From: an uncultured Clostridia bacterium
GTDB taxonomy: Bacteria; Bacillota; Clostridia; Christensenellales; Aristaeellaceae
Length of the DNA stretch: 23,120 bases
NCBI GenBank assembly: GCA_937907055.1
Contig: CALCTW010000114.1
Span: forward strand, 1-23,120
Direction of reading: 5' to 3'
The notes below the pieces were generated by a model, which was not told the origin of the DNA, did not search any database, and worked only from the letters and a program-made list of their open reading frames with translations. The translations under genes were made by a program, and so were the position numbers. The number at the start of each line of letters is the position of its first letter. Positions within the stretch are counted from its first letter, which is position 1. Shown piece by piece: positions 7,482 to 16,907 of the stretch.

Positions 7482-10400
7482 AGTTAAAAAAGATCGACAT
7501 TCATGGCTTCAAATCCTTCGCGGATAAAACAGAGATCATTTTTAACGAAGGCATTACAGGCATCGTCGGTCCGAACGGCAGCGGAAAGAGCAATATCGGC
7601 GACGCTGTGCGTTGGGTTCTCGGCGAACAAAGCGCGCGTGTTCTGCGCGGTTCAAAGATGGAGGACATCATCTTCGGCGGAACAGAGAAGCGCAAAGCTG
7701 CCACATATTGCGAAGTTACACTCACGTTTGACAACGAAGATCTGAAGCTTAAGAGCACATTTACGGAAGTCTCCGTTACCAGACGCGTATATCGGAACGG
7801 CGACAGTGAATATTACCTGAATGGCACCGCCTGCCGACTGAGAGACATTCTTGAGCTATTCCGTGATACAGGTATCGGCCGTGAAGGTTACTCCCTGATC
7901 GGTCAGGGACGAATCGACGAGATCCTATCTGTTAAGAGTGAAGACAGACGTCAGATCTTCGAAGAAGCCGCCGGTGTAATGACATTCCGTGTTCGCAAGG
8001 AAGAAGCCGAAAGAAAACTGAACCGCACCGAGGAAAACCTCAGCCGTGTGTCTGATATCTTAGAAGAACTGGGAAATCGTATCGAGCCCCTCTCCAAACA
8101 GGCTGAAACCGCTAAAGAATATCTCAGTCTGTTTGCTGAACTTAAAAGCCTCGAGATCAACATCTACCTTGTTCGCCATGATAAGTTAGAAGAGAAGATC
8201 ACAAGTCTAAAGACTTCTGTTGAGACACTGAATGATATTTTGATCCAGCACGAAGCACTGCTTAATCAGACGACTGAGAATCGTCAGAAGCTGGAAGAAG
8301 CGCTGCAGACCTTGGAAGAAGAGCTGGCACTTTGTCGCAGTGATTATATGGGCGAAACAGAAGCCTATCATAACGCGCAGAGCGAGCTTGAACTCGAAAA
8401 GCAAAAGTTGCATACCGAGATCGAGCGTTTTGACCGCACAAAACAGGAGATCGAGATTGCCGAAGAAAGAAAGAATGAGATCTATTCACTCTTTTCCAAA
8501 GGCAGCACAGCAGAATCAGAAAGCAAAGACGCGCTTGAAAAAGCAGAACAGGAACTGCGTCAGGCTCAGGAAAAGCTGAATGCTTCCGTGGAGGAAGCCG
8601 ATCGTCTTGAAGTCACGCTTGACGAACACAAGAGCGCGATCCTGAATGCTGTAAACCTCCTGAGCGATTTTAAAAATCGTCAGGCCCGCCAGCAGACGAT
8701 GCGCGACCAGATGAAAAAACGTCTGGATGAGATCGAGCAGAGCCAGTCTGAACTGAACAGCAAACAGACAGAATTAGAAATCTCTTTGGAGAACGCGATC
8801 CGTCAAAGCGAGGAAGTCAACAAAAGAACCGAGCAATTCCGGCAGGATGCCGCGAGCGCGGAGGGAAAGCTTCGTCTGGCGATTGAGGATGGCAATAAGG
8901 CGCAGGAGACGATCCATCAACTGAATCTGAAGCTTCAGGCCGACAGAAGCCGTCTCAAGCTCATGGAAGAGATGAGCCGGGAAATGGAAGGTTACAGTCA
9001 AAGTGTTAGAAAAGCTTTGGCTTATGCTGAAAATGATCCTTCTGTCTACGGTGTTGTTGCAAGGCTGATCAAGGTGCCGCGCGAGCTGGAAACGGCGATC
9101 GACATGGCGCTGGGTGCACAGCTTCAGAACATCGTTACAAGAGACGAAGAAGCCGCCAAGCGAATGATCGATCATCTGCGCATCAATAAACTCGGCCGCG
9201 CTACTTTCCTGCCGATGAGCACAGTGCGATCCCGCACGTTATCAAATGAAGAGCGTAAGCTGCTCACTATGCCGGGCTGTATCGGCGTTGCCAGCGATCT
9301 CATCAATTATGATGATAAGTTCCGCGGGATCATCGAAAACCTGCTCGGCAGAACGGTGATCGCAAAAGACCTGAATTCCGGTATTCCCATTATGCGTGCC
9401 GGAAGACATGCTTTCCGCCTTGTTACATTGGAAGGCGATGTCATGTCAAGCGGAGGTTCCATGACAGGCGGTACAACACAGAGCCGCGCTGTAAGCCTCC
9501 TTGGACGTGAACGCGAAAGGGAAGAACTGCAGCATACTGTTGAGAATAATTCCACTCGTCTTGAACAGCTTCGCAAGCAACTGGAACAGTTTCAGGATAA
9601 AGTGGAAAAACTGCAGCACGAATCCGCTCTGGCGAGAGAACAGGTACATCAGGAAGAAATCGCTGTTGCTCGTGAGCAGGAACGCGTATACAATGCCCGT
9701 GCTGAACTGGAAGCGCATAACGAGCGTATCCGTCAGACGAAACTTGCGATCGAGCAATTGACAGACAGTATCGAGGAGATCGATCATGATCTTCGCGAAG
9801 CTGAGGCGGAGACCGGTAAGGTGGCTATCGACCGTGAGGCGATGGATATGAAAACGACATCGCTGCAGGCTGCTTTAAAAGATGCCAGAGAAAAGGTCGA
9901 AAACAGGCGTACGCTCCTTTCTGACGCTCAGCAGAATTATACAGAGATCCGCCATGCCTTGGATGTGCTGCAGCGTGATAAAGAGCGTCAGGACAAAGAA
10001 CTTTCACAGATCGACAGTCAGATCGCCGCTTTGAAGACGCAGTTGGAGAGCAAGGAAACGCAGATCAAAGTTCTTGAAGAAGATATTCTGGAACGAGAAA
10101 GCGATCTCCATTCTCGTGAGTCGATTGTTAATGATAAACGGGAGAAAGTCGACTTGCTCGACAAACAGCGTCTGTCGATGACTCAGGAACAGCGTGAGAG
10201 CGTTGAAAAATCAGAAAATATTCATAAGCAATACGATGAAGATCAGCTGCACCTTCACAAGACTGAATTGAACCTCAGCAAAGCCGAAAGCGAACTGAAA
10301 GTCATGAGTGATCATATCTTCAATGAATATGAACTCACTTATGCTGACTGCGCGGAATTCCGTATTGAAAACTTCGCGCTCACAGAAAGCGAACGAAACG

Positions 10401-11032
10401 CTTCTTCCATTCGCAGCCGTATCCGCGAATTGGGCCCGATCAATGTCTCCGCGATTGAAGACTATGCCAACACAAAGGATCGTTTTGATCAGATGACTGC
10501 GCAGAAGGACGACCTGCTGAAGGCTAAGGACGATCTGCAGAATCTGATCACACGCCTGCTTGGGCAGATGGAACGTCAGTTTGTCGAAGAATTTGACAAG
10601 CTCAAGGTCTTCTTCAGTGAAACATTCACCCGTCTGTTTGGCGGCGGTACCGCAGAGTTGAGACTGACCGATCCGCAGGACGCGCTGAACTGCGGTATCG
10701 AGATCATTGCGCAGCCGCCGGGAAAGAAGCTCCAGCTGCTGTCTCTGCTCTCCGGCGGTGAACGCGCCCTGACCGCGATCGCGATCCTCTTCGCAATGCT
10801 GAAGTTAAAGCCGACTCCGTTCTGTATCCTTGATGAGATCGAAGCTGCTCTCGATGAAGCCAATATCGGTTATTATGCCGATTACATGGCGGAATTCTCA
10901 AAGGGAACACAGTTTGTCGTTGTTACCCATCGTAAGGGTACCATGGAACGCTGCGATTCACTCTTCGGCGTTGCTATGCAGGAGAAAGGCATCAGCCGCA
11001 TGGTGAGCGTTGACTTGAAGGACTACGAATGA
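7478..11032 (+). CDS. smc: Chromosome segregation protein SMC
   Basis: 1184 aa. Walker A is GPNGSGKSN. There are long coiled-coil regions around a central hinge. Signature motif LSGGE and Walker B FCILDEIEAALD are present. Stop is TGA. Confidence 0.95.
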   Translation: MKLKKIDIHGFKSFADKTEIIFNEGITGIVGPNGSGKSNIGDAVRWVLGEQSARVLRGSKMEDIIFGGTEKRKAATYCEVTLTFDNEDLKLKSTFTEVSVTRRVYRNGDSEYYLNGTACRLRDILELFRDTGIGREGYSLIGQGRIDEILSVKSEDRRQIFEEAAGVMTFRVRKEEAERKLNRTEENLSRVSDILEELGNRIEPLSKQAETAKEYLSLFAELKSLEINIYLVRHDKLEEKITSLKTSVETLNDILIQHEALLNQTTENRQKLEEALQTLEEELALCRSDYMGETEAYHNAQSELELEKQKLHTEIERFDRTKQEIEIAEERKNEIYSLFSKGSTAESESKDALEKAEQELRQAQEKLNASVEEADRLEVTLDEHKSAILNAVNLLSDFKNRQARQQTMRDQMKKRLDEIEQSQSELNSKQTELEISLENAIRQSEEVNKRTEQFRQDAASAEGKLRLAIEDGNKAQETIHQLNLKLQADRSRLKLMEEMSREMEGYSQSVRKALAYAENDPSVYGVVARLIKVPRELETAIDMALGAQLQNIVTRDEEAAKRMIDHLRINKLGRATFLPMSTVRSRTLSNEERKLLTMPGCIGVASDLINYDDKFRGIIENLLGRTVIAKDLNSGIPIMRAGRHAFRLVTLEGDVMSSGGSMTGGTTQSRAVSLLGREREREELQHTVENNSTRLEQLRKQLEQFQDKVEKLQHESALAREQVHQEEIAVAREQERVYNARAELEAHNERIRQTKLAIEQLTDSIEEIDHDLREAEAETGKVAIDREAMDMKTTSLQAALKDAREKVENRRTLLSDAQQNYTEIRHALDVLQRDKERQDKELSQIDSQIAALKTQLESKETQIKVLEEDILERESDLHSRESIVNDKREKVDLLDKQRLSMTQEQRESVEKSENIHKQYDEDQLHLHKTELNLSKAESELKVMSDHIFNEYELTYADCAEFRIENFALTESERNASSIRSRIRELGPINVSAIEDYANTKDRFDQMTAQKDDLLKAKDDLQNLITRLLGQMERQFVEEFDKLKVFFSETFTRLFGGGTAELRLTDPQDALNCGIEIIAQPPGKKLQLLSLLSGGERALTAIAILFAMLKLKPTPFCILDEIEAALDEANIGYYADYMAEFSKGTQFVVVTHRKGTMERCDSLFGVAMQEKGISRMVSVDLKDYE

Positions 11033-11069
11033 TAGAATACAGTATGTTTAATGAAAGTGAGGCGAGTTT

Positions 11070-11963
11070 ATGGGTTTCTTCTCAAAATTAAAAGAAAAAC
11101 TGACCAAAACCCGCGGAAATCTGAACGACAAGGTGGACGATCTTGTCGTCAATACGCGAAAGATCGATGATGATTTCTATGACGAGTTGACCGATATCCT
11201 TATTCTTTCCGATATCGGTATGTCTGTCACAGAAGATATTATCGAAAAACTTAAGAAGAGTGTCAAATCCGAACGCGTCAAGAACGCGGAACAGGCCAAA
11301 GAGATGCTGAAGGAACTGCTGATCGATGAGATGACGATCGAAAAGAAAGAACCGAAGTATCCTTCCGTGATCATGGTTGTCGGTGTCAACGGCGTCGGCA
11401 AGACTACCACTATCGGTAAGCTGGCGCTCCGCTTCAAAGAGCAGGGCAAGTCCGTAATGCTGGCCGCGGCTGATACATTCCGTGCTGCCGCTGATGAGCA
11501 GTTGACTGTCTGGAGCGAACGCGCGGCAGTGCCGCTGATCCATGGTGAAGGGACAGATCCCGCTGCCGTCGTTTATGATGGTGTTCAGGCGGCAAAAGCA
11601 CGCGGAACAGATATCCTCATTGTGGATACTGCCGGTCGTTTGCATAACAAAAAGAATCTGATGGATGAGCTGGCGAAGATGCGCCGCATTATCGACCGCG
11701 AGTATCCGCAGGCCGAAATGCGCTGTCTGCTGGTACTGGATGCCACGACCGGTCAGAATGGTTTGCAGCAGGCAAAAGCCTTCAAAGAGTCCACAGATAT
11801 TAACGGTATCATCCTCACAAAGCTGGATGGAACAGCAAAGGGCGGTATTGCGGTCGCGATTCGCCGTGAACTGAACCTGCCTGTTGAGTTCATCGGTGTT
11901 GGCGAAGGCATTGACGATCTGCAGCCCTTCGATCCGAAGGAGTTCATCGAAGCGCTGTTCTGA
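11070..11963 (+). CDS. ftsY: Signal recognition particle receptor FtsY
   Basis: 297 aa. SRP-GTPase motifs GVNGVGKTTT, DTAGR and TKLDG are present. Stop is TGA. Confidence 0.92.
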   Translation: MGFFSKLKEKLTKTRGNLNDKVDDLVVNTRKIDDDFYDELTDILILSDIGMSVTEDIIEKLKKSVKSERVKNAEQAKEMLKELLIDEMTIEKKEPKYPSVIMVVGVNGVGKTTTIGKLALRFKEQGKSVMLAAADTFRAAADEQLTVWSERAAVPLIHGEGTDPAAVVYDGVQAAKARGTDILIVDTAGRLHNKKNLMDELAKMRRIIDREYPQAEMRCLLVLDATTGQNGLQQAKAFKESTDINGIILTKLDGTAKGGIAVAIRRELNLPVEFIGVGEGIDDLQPFDPKEFIEALF

Positions 11964-12010
11964 TCATATCCCCTAAACAACTTATCCATATGTGATCATG
12001 AAGGACAACA

Positions 12011-12055
12011 AAAGAGGATTTGAGACTCCGAAAAGTCTTAAATCCTCTTTTTCGT
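12011..12055. terminator. Bidirectional rho-independent terminator between convergent ftsY and the hydrogenase operon
   Basis: 17-bp stem with one mismatch: 12011-12027 pairs with 12034-12050, loop ccgaaa. It is flanked by an A-run upstream and a T-run downstream. Confidence 0.75.
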
Positions 12056-12112
12056 ATACAGACCGCTTGCATTTCGCATGCTTATCGGTTGCGATATTGA
12101 AATCTGCAATGC

Positions 12113-13534
12113 TTATTTCAAGATCGAGATTGCGTCGCAGATCCGTTTTTCAAGTGCTTCCTTACCGTACTTATCAACTTCAGCCTTATTCTTTTCACCG
12201 TGGGTAAGGCATCCGGCACCACCGATACAACCGCCGATACAGGCCATGCCCTCGATGAAGTTCGCCTGCAGTTTTCCGGCTTTCTTCTGAAGAAGCGCGA
12301 TCCTGCACTGTTCAATTCCGTCACAGACAGCGGGTTTCACAACAAACTCAATATTCTGCTCTTTGATCGCTTCGGCAACAGCATCCGACAGACCGCCGCT
12401 TCTCGCAAAGATGCGGCCAAAGTAGGAGGCATTATCTAACGCGGTTTCCTCAAGTTGAGCAATATCGATCTCCCGGCTGTCGATCAGAGCCTGCAGTTCT
12501 TCAAATGTCAATACAGCATCCACATAAGGCTTCACTGTCTCTTTCTGCATTTCCATTTTCTTCGCGATACAGGGACCGATAAACACTGTTTTGCAGTTTG
12601 CATCATGTTCCTTGATGTACTTTGCGATCACAGCCATGGGGGAAAGGTTGTGAGAAACAAAATGCTTCAGATCGGGGAATGTTTTCTCGATATAGCTTAC
12701 AAAAGCCGGGCAGCAGGAGCTTGTCAGGAATCCTTTTTCAGCCAGTTCCCTGGCTTCTTCATTGGAGACCATATCAGCACCCAAGGCAGCTTCGATCACT
12801 GTATGGAAGCCAAGCTGTTTGATTCCGGAAACGACCTGACCAAGCTTTGCGTAAGTAAACTGACTGGAAATAGACGGCGCTACGATCGCATAGACCTTTT
12901 GACTGGGGTTCGAAGTCTGGTCCTTCAGCATGTCGATCACATTCAGGATATAGGATTTCTCGCTGATCGCGCCGAATGGACACGTATATACGCACGCGCC
13001 GCAGGAGATGCAGGTATTATTGTCAATACATGCTTCCTTTTCATCGCCCATTGAGATCGCCTTTACCTTACAGGCCGTTTCACACGGACGCTTGTAATTA
13101 TGGATTGCGCTGTAAGGGCATACCCTTGAGCAGGCGCCACACTCTTTGCATTTTGCCTTATCGATATGCGCAACGTGATTATCATCGAATGTGATCGCGC
13201 CGAAACGGCACGCATCCTCACAGCGGTGAGCGAGACAGCCGCGGCATGCATTTGTGACCTCATATCCGCCCATCGGACATTCGTCGCAGGCAATATCGAT
13301 TACTTCGATCACGTTCGGATTCTGCTTATCGCCGCCCATCGCAAGCTTGACCCGCTCAGCGATGATCGCGCGTTCCTTGTAAACACAGCAACGCATCGAG
13401 GGTTTTTTCCCCGGAACGATAAGCTTTGGAATGTCAAGGAGATTATCCTGCAGAGTATCTGCCCATGCCTGTTTTGACACTTCACGCAGCACTTTATATT
13501 TCAAATGCTGTACTTTGGTATCGAACTTGTGCAT
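12113..13534 (-). CDS. Monomeric [FeFe]-hydrogenase, group B type
   Basis: 473 aa with several ferredoxin-like Cys clusters. H-cluster motifs are TSSCCPAF, GPCIAKKME and EGMACIGGCIGGAGC. RBS is GGAGGAAAT. Stop is TAA. Confidence 0.85.
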   Translation of the reverse strand: MHKFDTKVQHLKYKVLREVSKQAWADTLQDNLLDIPKLIVPGKKPSMRCCVYKERAIIAERVKLAMGGDKQNPNVIEVIDIACDECPMGGYEVTNACRGCLAHRCEDACRFGAITFDDNHVAHIDKAKCKECGACSRVCPYSAIHNYKRPCETACKVKAISMGDEKEACIDNNTCISCGACVYTCPFGAISEKSYILNVIDMLKDQTSNPSQKVYAIVAPSISSQFTYAKLGQVVSGIKQLGFHTVIEAALGADMVSNEEARELAEKGFLTSSCCPAFVSYIEKTFPDLKHFVSHNLSPMAVIAKYIKEHDANCKTVFIGPCIAKKMEMQKETVKPYVDAVLTFEELQALIDSREIDIAQLEETALDNASYFGRIFARSGGLSDAVAEAIKEQNIEFVVKPAVCDGIEQCRIALLQKKAGKLQANFIEGMACIGGCIGGAGCLTHGEKNKAEVDKYGKEALEKRICDAISILK

Positions 13535-13543
13535 ATTTCCTCC

Positions 13544-14716
13544 TTAGAAGTAACTGACCTTGATTCTCTTTCCCATCTTGCGCAGACAGTTTGACAGTTC
13601 TTCAACCAGGGTCATCTTAATGTTGAAAGTGATCGGCAGATCAGGATTCTGATGAGCCGGATTGATCGCGCGGCCTACATAGAAGTTAATATCCGTCGCT
13701 TCGTCGAAAAGCATCCGGCAGATCATCGAAGCGCCATCCTGACCAAACTCCCATTTCTCATGCAGTTTGTTTTCCGTGATAAAATCCTTCGCATACTCAA
13801 CGACCCGGTTAACGGTAATAACACCTTCTGTAACAAGATCAACGCCTTCAATACGGGCAATGGGCGGGACATCGGAACGAACGAACCTCAAATCCGCCTC
13901 CACACGCTTATTTAAGTACCTCGCTGCCACAGAGGCCGTTGTACCGCCGCAGACGATATGTTTGCCTTCCTTCGAGAAGAAAAGGGACATCATGCGATTA
14001 TTATCATCACGCTCCCTTGGCGGACCAAACAGAAGGTTCATCGGTACGCGCTTACGCATCTTGATCACGCATGCTGTCGCGTCATCACCCGGATTATGAC
14101 CGTACAGGTTATCAACTTCCGAGATCAGCATGGAGGACAGCACTTTTGCGGAATAACCGCCCGCATTCGCGGATTCCATGAAGGAAATGATCTCTTCACG
14201 GCGCCAACCGAAATTATAGGCGATGCCGATTCCGGCATGAGGACAGCCATCGCTCATCGCAATAAATGTATCATCTTCCTGCAATCTGATTAAGGAATGA
14301 TAGATCTTTTTGCCGCCGATGTTCAGTTCGGTTTTGGGATACTCATAGTTACGCCCATTCCTCAGCATGATCGTCAGTGGGTTGTCATACTGGATCAGTT
14401 CCATCTCACGGTTCTTTACAAGATTGAGAATCGTGAAGGTAGAATAGGCAACACCGCGAACGGAACAGATCGGCAGAGTCTGCGCGATCGTCTCCACACA
14501 ATCTGTGATAGACAAGCCTTCCGCCATCATTGTAGAAATGATCTTACTGGTCAAGGTGGACAGTATACTGGCTTTTACACCGCTTCCCAGGCCATCCGCA
14601 AGTACAACGATCGTTGAATCATCATCCGGCTGAACAACGTCAACATGATCTCCGCAAAGTTGTTCCCCGGCATGATTGATGCTCTTATAGCCGATCTCGG
14701 CACAGATATCATTCAT
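13544..14716 (-). CDS. PP2C/SpoIIE-family serine phosphatase
   Basis: 390 aa. It has the SpoIIE/PP2C-type motif CGDHV...VLADGLGSGVKAS and a later SDGCPHAG. The start overlaps the hydS stop by 8 nt (ATGAATGA). Stop is TAA. Confidence 0.8.
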   Translation of the reverse strand: MNDICAEIGYKSINHAGEQLCGDHVDVVQPDDDSTIVVLADGLGSGVKASILSTLTSKIISTMMAEGLSITDCVETIAQTLPICSVRGVAYSTFTILNLVKNREMELIQYDNPLTIMLRNGRNYEYPKTELNIGGKKIYHSLIRLQEDDTFIAMSDGCPHAGIGIAYNFGWRREEIISFMESANAGGYSAKVLSSMLISEVDNLYGHNPGDDATACVIKMRKRVPMNLLFGPPRERDDNNRMMSLFFSKEGKHIVCGGTTASVAARYLNKRVEADLRFVRSDVPPIARIEGVDLVTEGVITVNRVVEYAKDFITENKLHEKWEFGQDGASMICRMLFDEATDINFYVGRAINPAHQNPDLPITFNIKMTLVEELSNCLRKMGKRIKVSYF

Positions 14717-16385
14717 TGGAGATGCTCTCCTTCAGCTTTGTCAGTGTGATCTTGGTCTCAGCGGCGGTTTCACCAAGCAGAGAAGCGATCTCCTGCACGA
14801 TACGCATCTGCTTATCCACTACACGGTCTGCTGTCTCGATCGTCTGCGCGCGCTGCTTTTCGCGCTTTTCATGTTCAGTTTCTTCTTCCGTCACATCGCG
14901 CATAAGGCAGAGAAGCATATGATACGTGCTGTCGTACACATAGCTTTCTTCGACGTACTTATCATACTCAGCCAGATAAGTACGGCGATTCTTGATGCCG
15001 CGTTTTGTTTCCAATACTTCTACAAAGGGCTTTGGATCGAGAATACGAACGACCTGATCCCCAAGAACATCGGAAGCATAGCGGATGTTCAGAATCTTCT
15101 GCGCCGCTGGATTGATCTGCTGAACTTCAAGCGCGTCATTGACAACGATGATCGCGTTGGGGGAGTTGGAAACGATGCAATCAGAGAAGCTCTCTGCCTT
15201 ATCCTTCAGGTAGGGCAGACACATGGAGATTTCCGCTTTGCCCTGATAGATCGCGATCGCCTTTTCACGGCAGGTATTGTATCCGCAGGAACCGCAATTC
15301 AGTTCATCTACAGGTCCGATCTTACCCATTTGCTTCAGGATCGCCTTGATCTCCTTATCGGTCGGCATCTTACTGTTACGATCGATCGGCTCAAAACGTT
15401 TCCTGAGATCCATAGAATCAGGCTGGGAAACTTCAAAGTCTTCGTTACCGGCATAAGTAGCTACAGATCGATAGGCAGTAACAGGAGAATTCTTGTACTT
15501 CTCCATTACAGGACCGCCGATACAACTGCCCGTACAGGCTGACATCTCAATAAAGCACTTATGAATGTTGCCCTGTTCGATCTCCTTAAGCGCCGCGATA
15601 CAGTTTTCAACACCATCAACTGCCATATACGTGTAGCCGGGCGCGTTCTGCGACATCGTCTTAAGAACACCGCCGGTCGTGGGGAAGAAGCGCGCACGGC
15701 TCTTTTCTTCAGAATCCATGTCCGGTTCCAGGGTTACATTCTCGGCTTTCAGCCAGTTCGTCAGTTCTTCGTAAGTCAACACAGCATCAACGAGACCGCT
15801 GTACTGCTTTGCTTCATCCTTCTTTGATACACAGGGGCCGATGAAAACGACCTTTGCTTCAGGATGAGCCTTTTTGATCTGCGCGCAATGTGCCTGCATG
15901 GGGGAAAGCACATCCGCCAGACAAGGAACAAGTCCGGGGAAATATTTCTGTACCAGAAGGTTAACAGAATGACAGCAGGTGGAGATCACGATGTCTTCCA
16001 ATCCTTTGGAAAGCATCTTCTCATATTCAGTCTTTACGATCGTAGCGCCGACCGCTGTTTCCTGCACATCCGTGAAGCCAAGTTTTTTCAGAGCCTTCGT
16101 CATCCCATTTATGCCAATACCGCTGTAGTTGGCAATAAAGGAAGGCGCAAGACTTACATAGACCGGAATACCCGACTGAATAAACACTCTTACCTTTTCA
16201 GTCTCGTCAACGATCTGCTTCGCGTTTTGCGGACAGACTACGAAGCATTGACCGCACAGAATACATTCGTCTCCGATAATATGAGCCTGATTCGCGGAAA
16301 AACGAATCGATTTTACCGGACAATGACGAATGCATTTATAACAATTCTTGCAATTGGACTTTTTAAGCGTCATGCATTCCGACAT
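14709..16385 (-). CDS. Sensory-type [FeFe]-hydrogenase homologue with C-terminal PAS domain (HydS/HfsB-like)
   Basis: It has two N-terminal CxxCxxCxxxCP ferredoxin motifs. The H-domain motifs are variant: STCCHS, GPCVSKKDE and EMSACTGSCIGGP. An extra CGSCGYNTC...C motif follows, then a PAS-like segment. I prefer start ATG 16383-16385 (GGGGGA lies 6 nt upstream). ATG 16371-16373 (ATGA overlap) is the alternative. Stop is TGA. Confidence 0.8.
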   Translation of the reverse strand: MSECMTLKKSNCKNCYKCIRHCPVKSIRFSANQAHIIGDECILCGQCFVVCPQNAKQIVDETEKVRVFIQSGIPVYVSLAPSFIANYSGIGINGMTKALKKLGFTDVQETAVGATIVKTEYEKMLSKGLEDIVISTCCHSVNLLVQKYFPGLVPCLADVLSPMQAHCAQIKKAHPEAKVVFIGPCVSKKDEAKQYSGLVDAVLTYEELTNWLKAENVTLEPDMDSEEKSRARFFPTTGGVLKTMSQNAPGYTYMAVDGVENCIAALKEIEQGNIHKCFIEMSACTGSCIGGPVMEKYKNSPVTAYRSVATYAGNEDFEVSQPDSMDLRKRFEPIDRNSKMPTDKEIKAILKQMGKIGPVDELNCGSCGYNTCREKAIAIYQGKAEISMCLPYLKDKAESFSDCIVSNSPNAIIVVNDALEVQQINPAAQKILNIRYASDVLGDQVVRILDPKPFVEVLETKRGIKNRRTYLAEYDKYVEESYVYDSTYHMLLCLMRDVTEEETEHEKREKQRAQTIETADRVVDKQMRIVQEIASLLGETAAETKITLTKLKESISNE

Positions 16386-16654
16386 ACCCAATCCCCCTTT
16401 GCTTTTTCGATCGCAGGTATGATCGTTTTATCCCAGAATTCACTGAACCCTTCAGGCGTAATCCCGGTGTAAGTATCACGGCCGACGATCAGTGTAACAC
16501 CGAGGCGGTTGCACTGACCGGTGCAGAACGCGCCGGTCAGTACCACCTCGTCACTCAGATGATTCTGGTTGATTTTTTCCTGAATCAATTCCACGATTCT
16601 TTCGGAACCCTTCAGGTGGCAGGAGCTGCCCACACAAATCTCAATGCACAGCAT
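16370..16654 (-). CDS. Thioredoxin-like [2Fe-2S] ferredoxin domain protein (94 aa)
   Basis: The Cys pattern C-x4-C ... C-x3-C (CVGSSCH ... FCTGQCN) is typical of NuoE/HydC-type 2Fe-2S domains. Stop is TGA. Confidence 0.7.
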   Translation of the reverse strand: MLCIEICVGSSCHLKGSERIVELIQEKINQNHLSDEVVLTGAFCTGQCNRLGVTLIVGRDTYTGITPEGFSEFWDKTIIPAIEKAKGDWVCRNA

Positions 16655-16656
16655 AC

Positions 16657-16896
16657 TTAAACCCTTGCCTTAATCTCTTTATTGAAAAAGTCGCGAACTG
16701 TTTCGGGAGTAACGGAATAGAGCTGATCATCAACAGTCACGCAGACCCCCAACTGGCATTTTCCCATGCAGAAGGTACCGCCAAGCTCCACCTTGTCATT
16801 CAGTCCGGCTTCGTCAAGCAGATACTGAAGCCCTTCCACGACCTGACGGGAGCCCTTGATATGGCAGGAAGATCCGATACATACGGTCACTTTCAT
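16657..16896 (-). CDS. Thioredoxin-like [2Fe-2S] ferredoxin domain protein (79 aa), paralogue of 16370..16654
   Basis: CIGSSCH ... FCMGKCQ. I prefer ATG 16894-16896 (MKVTV...). The ORF-track start at 16911 is a GTG overlapping the upstream stop. Stop is TAA. Confidence 0.7.
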   Translation of the reverse strand: MKVTVCIGSSCHIKGSRQVVEGLQYLLDEAGLNDKVELGGTFCMGKCQLGVCVTVDDQLYSVTPETVRDFFNKEIKARV

Positions 16897-16907
16897 TTTT
16901 TTTTTCC

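Noticed and set aside
11992-12207. 71-aa plus-strand ORF after ftsY.
   Set aside because: It runs through the bidirectional terminator hairpin and into the antisense of the hydrogenase gene. It has no RBS and no recognisable sequence features.
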